A stretch of DNA of 64,000 bases. It comes from Cyanophora paradoxa CCMP329 (taxonomy: Eukaryota; Plantae; Glaucophyta). The position numbers and the translations under genes are program-made. Shown here in pieces: positions 36,900 to 49,280 of the stretch; positions within the stretch are counted from its first letter, which is position 1; each line of letters starts with the position of its first letter. The DNA lies in contig QPMI01000015.1 of NCBI GenBank assembly GCA_004431415.1, positions 248,001-312,000 of the forward strand, written 5' to 3'. Under the pieces are notes generated by a model, which saw only the letters and a list, made by a program, of their open reading frames with translations, searched no databases and had not been told where the DNA came from.

Positions 36900-38289
36900 T
36901 GTACATCCGGTGTCTCAGCCGGTCTCTCTGCTTAGGTCTCGAAGGCGATGCGAAAGCCATCATGGAGGGCAGTCAGCCTGTGACGAGCGTATTCCACGAA
37001 ATCAAGAACTGTGGGCTAGGGGAACCATGTCAGTGTGTGCAACACACAAGACAAAATGGAGACAGTACCTCGGAAGCAGCGTTCTCAGCGCGGCAAACGC
37101 TCCAGCAAACCCATTGCAAGTGTGAGACGATGGACATCAAGGCAACCTGCCCTGTCGAGTCATTTCAGAACCCAAACACGGGGAAATGGTCCTTGCCTGG
37201 CGCATCAGGAGAGCGATCTCCCCCGGGCTTGGCTCAGCTCCGCTCCGCCTCTGGAGGTAGCATCGCACGAACAGCCGCTGCACGAGCAGTGAGAGTTTAA
37301 GAGTGCGACCAGAGGGGTACTTCGATCTGTCGAACGTACCTTCTCGTCCTCGGTAGCTGGCGGGCAAATCTCGAAGCCGGGCGGGGTTGTAACTTTGTAG
37401 CTGCGGCGGCGCTCAGTGGAATATAGATTCAGAGGGAGGGGCTTGCGCGCTTGTATCCGAGCTCGTTCAGGAAATTGGCGATGTCAAACGAAATGTAGTT
37501 GGTGCCCGCGTACCTGTGCTGCACGTCACGGCGGGAAAGCACGTTTCGTTCGAACGCATTAAAATCCTCACTCGAAGTCAATAAGCGTCACAGACTCTCC
37601 TTCAACGAGCAAATTCGGAGTATTGAGATCGTTGTGACAGAAGCCGACATCGAAGGACGCGGCGCCCATGCTCTCGAACTGCGCCCTGAGGCGCCCTGCC
37701 TCCGCTCGAAGATCGGAAACGCCGGTGCCTTTAAGAACTGCCTGATACGCGGGCAGGCCGGCGGCGCGCGCAGCCCAATCCTGGACTACCGCCCACAACT
37801 GCGGGTGCTGATCGGCGCCAGGAACACGCGTCTGATGCAACCGTGCCAGCGCCTCGGCGACAGATTTCATAATATCCGGACGCCCTATGAGCTCGTCAAA
37901 TGCCGGTCAAGCGGCGCAGACGCTTGCGGCGCGCTCACGGACGTCCGCTGGCTCCGGGGAAACCCCTCGCGCCATCTCTTCAACACGCCCCCCCTCGAAC
38001 TCGAAGAGCACGCGAGGACAGATGCGGCTCTCCGCGAGAGCGAGCATAGCCTGCGCGGAGGCTGACAAGAGCGCGGCGCCGCTCATGTGAGGATTGCGAG
38101 CACCTGTAGCTCCCGATCTCTATCAATGGGGTGCGACCCGTACACGCGAAGGATGACATCTCCATCATTCCAGCGCGCAGAGTACACGTCGTTCGTGTTC
38201 CCGCCCGCCAGGCGACCTCCGACCTCCAAGCCCGGCGGCAGACCCGCAGGGAGCGCCGGGATCGCCGGGAGCGCCGGACCGGCAGTCAT
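36900..38289 (-). CDS. Choline/ethanolamine kinase (3' end approximate)
   Basis: LAGGNTNDVY, VILRVYG, FCHNDLNTPNLL (Brenner motif), LIDFEYAG, FDIANFLNE, LDFVEYARHRL. Confidence 0.85.
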
Positions 38290-38410
38290 GCAGCGGATAA
38301 AGCTGGCAGGGAGGTGAGGAGGCTCACGGATTGGCGCCGCGGCGCGGACTTCCGAATGTGAAGTGTTGTCGACGTGGGTATTGTATTTACTGCGTTCGCT
38401 AAGTTCTGCG

Positions 38411-39273
38411 ATGTCGAGCGCCTTCTGTAGCCAGCTCGTTCCTTCGGCGCGGCTGGCCGTCGCTGGCTCTTCGGCGGCCGCGCTATGCCCCGCACCAGTC
38501 CAGCTTCGCAGCGGCGTTGCGCCGACGCGCGCGGGCCAGCCCGCCGCGCGCACGTCGCGCCGCTCGTTCCACGTCGAGGCCTCGGTCCGACATCTCTGCA
38601 TGTTTCCTCCCTCCTGCGCGCTCACGCGCGCACGACAGCTCCCGTCGTGGATCGGCTCGCACGTGGATCGGATGTTCCTGGCGGCGGATGCGGCCACTTT
38701 CGACCCGCTGCCGGCCCCCAGTGCAGTACCGGCAGAGGTCGTGGAGGCCGTGGGCGAGGCTTCTTCGCGCTCCGAGTTCACTGACCAGGTCCTAGGTCCG
38801 CTTGACCTCAGCCTGCGGCTGGCGAAGAGCGCGTGCTTTGATTGTGAGCTCTGAGCGTCGCCTGTAGGGGCTTTCTACATTATCTTCTTCGTAGGCTGTG
38901 CGGCGCTCACCGTTTACTCTGTCAAGGTGTGACATCCTCTTCACACTGGCTCTGATTTCGATCTCTGATTTCGATTTTCTGGCAGGTGACCGCCGAGGAA
39001 AATGTACGTATTTAGATCATGCATGTGAATCTCCTTTGCAGCTATTAGCGTTACTGATTTGAAATTGCTGAGCGAAGGAACGGAAGGCACAACGGGCGAA
39101 GGCTGAGCGTGCAAGGAAGGCGGCCGAGGCAGACAAGGATCAGAGCAAGGAGGTAAAGCTTCGTCGAAGAGCTGTGATAATGACGTGCTCGCTCTGAGGA
39201 TCTTGCGATGCTACAGATGAACCGCGAGGCGAGGAGGCGCCTGGAGAAGCTCGAGAAGAAGCGGCGCCAGTGA
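38411..39273 (+). CDS. Small, probably plastid-targeted single-TM protein with a basic coiled-coil tail
   Basis: MSSAF... Ser/Ala/Arg-rich transit-peptide-like N-terminus; TM segment GLFYIIFFVGCAALTVYSV; tail KERKAQRAKAERARK...MNREARRRLEKLEKKRRQ*. Confidence 0.6.
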
Positions 39274-39654
39274 ACGACCACAGTCGATGAGGAAACATCA
39301 TGGCATCTAAATACAGAATGCAGAGAAATAGAGCCAAAAAACGTGGGCTTTTTGGCTTCAAGGGGTTGGACGTCTCGGATTACGGTTACGATTAGGCGCT
39401 GAGGTGCTTGCCCATTGATGGCGTACGGAAGCATGCACAACTCTTTGCTTGCCCATTCTGCCCCGGCGGCCGCACCTAGATGTATAGCAAAGAACCGCGT
39501 GCGCATGCGGATTCGAAGCGCTAGCGCTGGCGCATGCGCAAAGCCGAAACGGCCAAGGGGGTACAGGCACGTGGCCCTAGATTGAGCGGAGATTTCTATC
39601 GGCAAGGTTCGCGCCTCCCGCCCCGGCGACGCGCTCGATTCATCCTCCTCCCAG

Positions 39655-41221
<1,567 letters not shown>

Positions 41222-41917
41222 GCAGATTCTGTTTTTCGCCTAAACAGAGCATGTTAGGTTCCGTCTCGTGAACATGTAGAATCAACAGCGAAATGAACAG
41301 TGCTGTGTATTGTATGTCTAGTTTCTGTTTAAGAGATCAGTCTTCAGAAAATGTATTTCGAGCAATCTGAGTAATCTGATTTTGGACATGAGCATATGCA
41401 TGCAGTGGCTAGCGCTTTGTAAGCACGTGCTGCAGCTGCAGGCGTACGCGTCGGCCGATCATGAACTGAACCTGGGTACGGGGTGCATGTGTGCGTGGAA
41501 TTTTCGAAGCAAGCGAAGTGCCTAGGCCTATATAGCTACTAGCTATAGGCTAGGCCTGCCGCAGTGCTAGCCAGCGCTAGCGATATCGCTAGCTCTCGGC
41601 TCGTAGGCCCATCATCATCGAGTCATCCCAAATTTTTCGAATTCTGGATCCGGCCATCGGACGTTGATGCCCCCCGGGCCGCTGAGCTCTGCAGCTGGCC
41701 CCGGCCCCACATTACTCTCTTACCCCTTACATGTACAGGCATGCATGGCCATGTACATATGTCGATTTGTGCGTGTTGAAGACTCCCACAGACTCCTGCG
41801 TGTTGAAGTCTTCTTAAACGCGTGCACAGCCACTGGGCCGTGACCTAGAGAAAAATGTCGGTTCTCCGCAGCTCACAGTCTGTCAAAGCATCCCTGCTGA
41901 GCCATGAAATTCGAATA

Positions 41918-42734
41918 TCACGAGCTCCACCAGCTACACAAACCAAGCCCGTCTTCAGACACGCTTGCCTCGATCAACATTGGAGGAGTTGCAGGGCCAG
42001 CATTTGCAGCCTTTGCCAATGCTGTGCATGTGGAGTGAGCAGCCAAGTCTCGAGTCAGGCACGGCAATAAAAGCACTGCAAACCTTGGGCCGATCCAGGG
42101 GCACCCATTGGTGGTCCTGTGTTGAAGTGCACTGTCTTCACTCTAAATCTTATGTCCTCCTGCAGATCCATAAACAAATCGTTGCCTTCGAACTTCCAGA
42201 CCCACAGCTGCTCGCTTTTATCGCTGTTTGCACAGCTTTCAGTCAAGAAAAATGTGGACGAGAGAATCACTGACAATACGGATGGCTGTTGAAGGAAATG
42301 ATGAGGAATGAAGATATCGTCGAAGAATCCCAGAGAGACTGTGAAGCAGTGAGATAGAAGGTTTGGTTCGAAATTCGAAATCACCGCACCGTGGACGCCC
42401 TCGGAGGTGCACTCAGCCACCTTGCCCACAATCACTTCATCGATGTGAGGTCGGAAAAGAACAAGCCGAAAGTCGACTTTGACGTGTGCTGCTCCGTCAC
42501 CCGGATAGATGACGGAATCCCCAAGGCTCAGAATGTCGTACACGCCAAGGGCGAGCCCATGGTTCAACAGGATCTGCAGTAATTAAATGCAAGGTGAGCG
42601 CTGAAGTGGGATCGAGCTCGCACCTTGTTTGCATATTGCTGGTTTAGCTCGTGAATGACAACCTCACTCTGGGGCCGTACGAAGTCCGCCGGCGTGATTC
42701 GCACTTGGTCACGCAGAGTCACGAGGTTGAACAT
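41918..42734 (-). CDS. POLR3H: RNA polymerase III subunit RPC8 (C25)
   Basis: MFNLVTLRDQVRITP, PGDGAAHVKVDFRLVLFRP, SLGFFDDIFIP, C-terminus SEDGLGLCSWWSS*. Confidence 0.92.
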
Positions 42735-43391
42735 GCGGCCTGCAGAATTTGTGTACACAACCCCAACACGCTCTCCGCCAAGCGCTGTGCACGTCCAATT
42801 CGAAGCTGCAGCTGCACTGCAGTCCCAACTCTCAGTCAAACTAGCTAGTTAGACCGCACAGTCCGTGCGGAGAACTCTACGGAGCGCTACGGGGCTCGGC
42901 GGAGCTAGCGGGCTCCTACGCGCCGAGTCGCGAAGTTCACGTGGCGTCGCGCAGCGATATAGATCGATCCGGCGAGAGGTCAGCGGAGAGGGGCGGCGTT
43001 TTCGACCTCTCCTCGGTGCTCGAGCTCAGCGCTGGTGCTGGCTAGCGCTCACCCAGCCTGTGACCCAGGTTGCAAAGGGGTACTGCTGGCGCTGGGGCCC
43101 CGGGCCAGCCCATAACATAATCGATATCTAGGCGCTGCCTGGAGCTGTAAGCGTCCTTCCTATCTAGATCTATAGCGAGAGCATGCCAATCATTGAATTG
43201 CAAGCTGCACTTGCACCCAGCTGCAGCGAATTCAAGCCTCATCAAGCCTCGAACCCCAGTACTAGTCACTGAGGGCCCCCCATCCCCTATTGCTCATAGC
43301 TGCCAGAAACCTTCACGCACGTGCTTGCAGCTCTCGCACCCCGAAGTATAGATGCTTGCGCATCGGATGTTCATGCAGGCACGTACACAAT

Positions 43392-44540
43392 CTATTTCTT
43401 CGCATAAGACAGCTGCATCAAGTGTGTCGGCGTGATCTTGAAGTTTTGCAGGGACGCCATCGCAGTCGTCGCTTGGTGCTCGAAGTCGAAATCGATGAAA
43501 GCAATGCCCGCCTTGCCAGGGACCAGGCGTGCCTCCCGGAAACCTGGGAATCTGTGCCAGCAGTAAGTGGCCAAACATATGAGGCCAGAGTACGGCGCTC
43601 ACTGTTGGAAAAGCATCTTCAGCATGAGCTCGTTGGCTTGGTCGGGAAGATTCTGTGCAAAGAGTGTCCTGTTGGGCATTTCGAGGACAGCTGTGCAGGC
43701 ATATGTTAGCTGGCACATCGTAGTGGGCGTAGCGAGGCCCAGATCACCTGCAGGAGTCGGGGAACCGGATCCTTCGGCCGCTGGCGCTGCAGCGGGTGCA
43801 GGAGCTGGTGCAGCATATTGCATAGGTGTCGGACGGGGAGCATGCGCTGGTGCCTGGGCCGGTGCGGAGAGTGGGAACACCACTTTGCCAGATTCCTGGC
43901 CTTCCGCCTGCCCCTTGGCGCCCTTCTTCTTCCGCTTCACTGTGGGGCGGGCTCAGCAGCGCGGGGCCCCAATGCGGTGGGCGCGACGTACGCTTCTTGT
44001 TCATCTCCGTCATGAACTTCTCCGGATCTTCTCTCCTCATCGAGGCGTACGACTTCGTCCTTGCAAAGCTCACACGCTAGTGCGGGTCGGTCATGGTCGC
44101 GAACCGCATGGGGCGAGCGAGGGCGAGGCGGACCATCGGGCGCCCGTAGATGTTGAATCCGTTCAATTCGCGCATCGCGTTCGTCGCACACACAACCTTC
44201 CCTCGCATCAGTGCGATCGGCAAAGCTCAGGGGATGGGACCGCACATTCTCAAACACGATGAACGCCTGGCCGCGCGTTTTCGGAGTCTTGAGCGCAACG
44301 ATGTCGATGATATGACCGTAGCGGCAGAAGACCATGTTGAGCCCCTTCTTGAGCTCTGATGCCCGAGTCGGGACCCGCGCGGTCGCCCAAATCGCCGTGG
44401 CTCGCACCTTCCTTCTTGACCTTCTCGTTTAGGTTCTGCACATACAGGGTCGGATTCGGCAGCACCATCGGCACGCTGCTGGCGCCGGCTTCCCCCGTCG
44501 AGGCCGCGGGTTGCTGGCTCTCATCCTGATCGATTTCCAT
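43392..44540 (-). CDS. U1A/U2B'' (SNF family) snRNP protein with two RRMs
   Basis: PNPTLYVQNLNEKVKK, DIVALKTPKTRGQAF; RRM2 PNRTLFAQNLP...FREARLVPGKAGIAFIDF...MQLSYAKK. Confidence 0.92.
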
Positions 44541-44808
44541 CGCCTCGCCCGATCGTGCGGGTTCGTATTACTTCGCCGGTTCGCAAGTCCGCTGCTACCT
44601 CACGAAACTACCTTGCCCAGCCGGTCGCTTTGTGTCGTACCCCCCTTGTCAGCCCAAAGCCGCCTGATTCCGCTTGAACCCGGCTTTCCAACCTCCGTAT
44701 AGGCTTCCGCATCGCTTCCGTGCACATCCGGTGCTGTTGCACTTCGCGCTCAGGGGTCGTGGATCGTTCTGGCCCGCGAGGCGGCCGCCGCGGCCGGTCG
44801 TGCTCGCC

Positions 44809-46847
44809 ATGATGGAGCCGCACCGGGTCTCGGCGGCCGGCGCGGCCGGTCGCGTGTGGGTCTATGCAGCCGCGTCGGTGGCTGCATTGGGCGTAGCGCT
44901 TGCTGCGGGTGCGCTGTGTGCGGTCGAGCCTCGCAGCCGCGGCAGCTGAAGGCTGGCGCAGATTGGCCGGCGGGCTCTTCGTATTCGACGAATGCAGTGA
45001 TCGCCCTGCTCTCCACAGCGCCGTGGAGAATGGCGCTCGCTTGTAATGCAGCGATCGCTACACTCGCAACCATGCACGCGGGCCTCATCAATTCCATTTT
45101 CGATCCAAGACTACGTGCGGCGGAGATATCGGCGGCTGGAACCAAGGGGGCAGAAATCATGCTCGCCAAATTCGTGTTCCTGGGTGCAATACTCGAAGAA
45201 CCTGATCTGGCCGAAATCGCGGCTTGGGGCGCTTGGTTTTCTGTTACGGGTTACATCCGCATTCTGCAGGTGTGACTAACTGTGCTGATGGCCTCGTGTG
45301 CTGATTGTGACTTACTGTTTCGGTAGACTCTCGTCAAGGAGAGGCTCGGATACGTAAGTCGTTGCTCATTCAGGGCGCGGTCATTCCTGTGGGCTGTTTT
45401 TAACAAACTATGACCTAGCCTTCTGGCCCATCCTTTTACAAACTATGACCTAGCCTTCTGGCCCATCCTTTTACAAACTATGACCTTGCTTGCTGGCCTG
45501 CTGGCCCATCCTTTCGAGATAGTGTCTTTCCTGGTCGACTTTATGGCGCTTTTATTCACCGCCTCGTGATCCACATTCACGTCCATAGGCGGTTACGTAA
45601 GGCGCTAGAGCATCCCATTGTTGGAGTCTCTGAAAGCATTCAGTGTTCAACAGCTTCATGCGTTGACTCCATCATTACATTTCAACCCTCTTCGAATCCT
45701 TACTTTTCTCTAAAGCGTCGTTGTCCCTGTGAACCTGTTTCGATCTATGCCTCATCAGAGAATAGTATTTCTTTCCTAGTCCTGCTTCAACTAATTTTTC
45801 GAAACTACCTTTACTGATCTGAAACTGATCCAGTTGGCATCAATCACCTCGGTGCCGGTCCATGCAAGAGAGCGTCTCGTGGGCCTTCTCAGCGGCATTC
45901 TTGCAACTGTTCTCATTGGTGCACGATCCATGTTTCCGCACTTGGCTGCATCCTCATCTATGTCAGGTGTGGCCACGCTCTTTCGGTCTTTCTACAAGCT
46001 CGGCTTGAGCATATCAACGTTACTGTTACTGGCTCTCGACCCATCAACAATTGTCGTTGATAACTGCAGGATGCTCCTACGGTATGGCGTAGGCAACGTG
46101 GCAGAGGAGGATCGAAAGTTCGTGTCTGTCTGTTTTCAATCGACACAGCTTCTCATACTTGCACAGGAGCGACCTTCTGTTCGTCATTGACGTTGCATGT
46201 GATCTCGGAATTTATCTACTGCTGTTAGCTCATCAGCTGCATGTGCGTTTGACTACCTTAATTGGAAGCATACTAATTGACTCCAGGTCTGGATTATTCA
46301 CGGCGTTTCTTTGACTATCATCGATGGAATACTCCTTATCCAAGTGTGCTAGGTCATTTCTTGTGCTGCCTGCATCATCAGCTGAATATTCCGACAGACG
46401 AAAAGTGTCCTTCTCTCTATGATTCAGCGAATAAAGCAGTACAAGCGTTACCGGGAAGCGTTGAATTTGGTGGACCGCACGTACCCGACAGCTGATCAAG
46501 CGGAACTTGCCACTGCTGATCCGTGTGCAATCTGCATGAGCGAACTCAATGAGACGACAAAGAAGCTCCCATGCGGACATCTTTTCCATCTTGCTTGCCG
46601 TGCGTGCTAGACTGCAATCCTCTTTGTTTTTGTTCGTAATCCATTGACTTTCTTGGCAGTGAGGGCAGCGTTGGAAGTTCAGACGACGTGCCCAATGTGC
46701 AGGAGTCCGGTCTTCAGGCACCAGAACCACCCGAGTTTAAATAGCAGCCCGTCCACATCCGGCAGTGTAGGGCCTTCAGGAGGAGGCGGAGTCCCCCCTG
46801 GAGCAACAAGTGTCGGAGAACCCCGGGAGACTCTTGTAGCACACTAG
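44809..46847 (+). CDS. Membrane RING-H2 E3 ligase, gp78/HRD1 (RIN2-like) family
   Basis: Multi-TM N-terminus (KFVFLGAIL...WGAWFSV) and RING-H2 CAICMSELNETTKKLPCGHLFHLACLRAALEVQTTCPMCR. Confidence 0.85.
45403..45514. repeat. 35-bp tandem repeat (two perfect copies plus one degenerate) in an unusually long intron
   Basis: Unit acaaactatgacctagccttctggcccatcctttt at 45403, 45438 and 45473. Confidence 0.9.
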
Positions 46848-47347
46848 CTTGCAGCAGCATCTGTACAGTCCTTTCAATCGCTTTCAATTCGGTTTTAGGA
46901 TCCTAATCGTAAGCGCAAATTCAGGTGAGAAGGTGACACTTTAATCGTAATCGTAATTGCATTCGCGGTCGGACGTCGGCTGCGACGCCTACGACGTCGA
47001 TGCTACGTCCATAAAGCGTGCTAATCGTCACCGCAAATCCTAAGCTTGCACTTGGACTTGGGCGGCCGCCGTGACTTCCCGTACGCATGCCAAATATAGC
47101 AAGGGGGTAGAACATCATAAGGCAAGCCGGCATCTGCATCGAGCTCGAGAGACCTGGAACGGCTTCCGCTAGCGCCGAGCCTCTGAAGCTAAGCGCTGTA
47201 TCAGCGGCACATTCCGTCGGCATTGCGGTGGCAGCAGACGCGGAGGAAGGTTCTTGAAAGTTCAGCCGCAGCGCACCCACAGGCGTTGCAGGCTCCCAGG
47301 GTCCTCGCAGCAGCGCGCACTTCTATCGCTCCCGCGACCCCGCGACG

Positions 47348-48468
47348 ATGGTGCTCATTCACTTCAAGAATTCAGAGGAGCATCAATTTCTGTGCGAGGT
47401 GCCCGGCGCGACCGATGTAGACCAGGTCATTCGACAGCTCGTTGAGATTCACAACCTGCGGCTTCGTGTGCGTGCCCAACGGCGCCGCCCTTGGGCCGCC
47501 GCAGCGCTAACGCGCCTTCGAAGGTGACCCGCCTCGTTAGCTACGCCAAGGATCTCGTGGACTATGGGCCCGCCAAACCCGAGGATCAGTGGGGTCTTGA
47601 TGATGCTGATGAGAGCGGCGCGAAAAAGACCGAGACTGCGACGTACAAGCCGGATCCCTCTGGCAGGAGGAACGGGAGCTGTGCGCGCGTATCTGCACTT
47701 GCCTTCCGCCTTGCGACCGCTAAACCTCATACAGTCCCCCCCAAGGAGATGGCCGACATCATCAACAAGACCCTCGAGGAAGCGAAAGTAGTTGCATCTA
47801 AGGTTCGTGTGTCTGCGCTTCGTTGCACGTACACACTCCCCTGAATGCTTGCTGCAGAATCAGGTGGATAAGAAGGTCAACATGACAGCCAGTATGCTTA
47901 CAGAGGCTATCGATCGAGTCCGAGGCGCAGTGATGATCGTCTGGCCCATGGGGCTTCCCGAATGGGACCCGGTGAAGCAGATCCTGGAGGGAACAGAGGC
48001 TCTGGACGGCACGCAGGTGAACGACGAATTTGTTGATCAGTTCCGTGATCGATTGTTAATCCGAGTTCGAGCAGGCGAGCTTGGAGGTGCTTGACCCTGA
48101 CACAGCAACCATGTGGTGGGCGGGGAAGCAGCTCTTCCGGGGCCAGCCCCTCAGCAGTTTCGTCGGGAAAAACGAAAAGACGAAGATTGTTGCCAAGATG
48201 CAAAAGGTTCAGCAGCGCGCCTTCGAACCCTTTCCACCATCTGACTCTCGAGCTGCAGAAGGGCTCTGGTGCGCCAGCAAGGGAAGCCCCCATTGATGCA
48301 GAGACTCAGAAGGCGATGATGGCGTTCTACTACAAGAAGCAAGAAGAGCAGAAGAAGCTCGCGGATGATGATGAGGACTCGTACTTGAACTCGGCCTGGG
48401 CCAATCCCAAAGCCTTGAAGCAGCACTTCCTTGGCGTTGGCAGCGACATCTCCTGGAAGCCACGGTGA
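47348..48468 (+). CDS. CFAP298: Cilia- and flagella-associated protein 298 (C21orf59/FBB18)
   Basis: MVLIHFK...YGPAKP...DPSGRRNG...GAVMIVWPMGLPEWDP...WWAGKQL...GKNEKTKIVAK...GAPAREAP...YLNSAWANP. Confidence 0.93.
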
Positions 48469-48552
48469 TCCGCTTTTCTGGAACTCTTGGCCTTTCAGGA
48501 AAAAAAATCCGCCATATCGGAATGGAACATGCTGGGGTGGAGGGGGGCAAAT

Positions 48553-48634
48553 GTAAACAAGCTTGTGCCCTGACCGGTGTGACCTGTGCCTGTGGTAAAC
48601 AAGCTTGTGCCCTGACCGGTGACCCGTGCCTGTG
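48553..48634. repeat. Tandem duplication of about 42 bp downstream of CFAP298
   Basis: gtaaacaagcttgtgccctgaccggtg... at 48553 and 48595. Confidence 0.9.
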
Positions 48635-49280
48635 TGTCTAGCAAATAAAAAAATGAAGTGCCTGGGAGTAGCTATATCTAATATAAAGCTATAGACTTCA
48701 GCTTCATGTTACAAGGTTGATTGGCCTGTGGCCGCCGGAAAAGATTTGGAGCCAGGGATGAGCTATATGTAATACATAACTATATATATAGACTATAGCT
48801 ATTGTTAACTTCATATTACGGCGTTGATTAGCCTGCGCATGCGGCCGCCGGCGCCGGCGCCGAGCGCAAATCTGCGTACCCCCGCCAACATCAGCGAGGT
48901 TCCGCCTGGATTCCGCCACGCCCGGATTCGGTGGACTCGCCGGATCTACTAGCTCTGTGCTATACTCAAGGAGCACGGGCGTACCGGCAAGCCGTAGCCT
49001 CCCTGCATTGCGGCGGTCGTGCTGCAGCGGCGCCCTCGTCGCGTGGCTGTGCAGCGCAAGCGTCAACAGCCGCAGCTTAGCTTAACTCGTTGTTCGAACG
49101 CTCAGCGGAAGCGCCGATCGCCGGGCGTGCCTTCGCGATCTGCGTCCAGCTAGCACTGCAGCGCTCCAGGGCGCTTCTAGGCGCGGCCGCCGTGTGTGAG
49201 CTACGCTTCAAATTGAGCGTGAAGCGCTACAGAGCCTGATCGAGCCCTGCACACCAGCGGTTTAGGCGGCTACGCCCGAC

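Noticed and set aside
43030-43200. Possible SRP RNA (gcctgtgacccagg resembles the Alu domain)
   Set aside because: No helix-8 SRP54-binding motif could be found; the similarity is too short.
45403-45514. 35-bp repeats as a CRISPR array
   Set aside because: Units are directly adjacent with no unique spacers, lie in a eukaryotic intron, and no cas genes are present.
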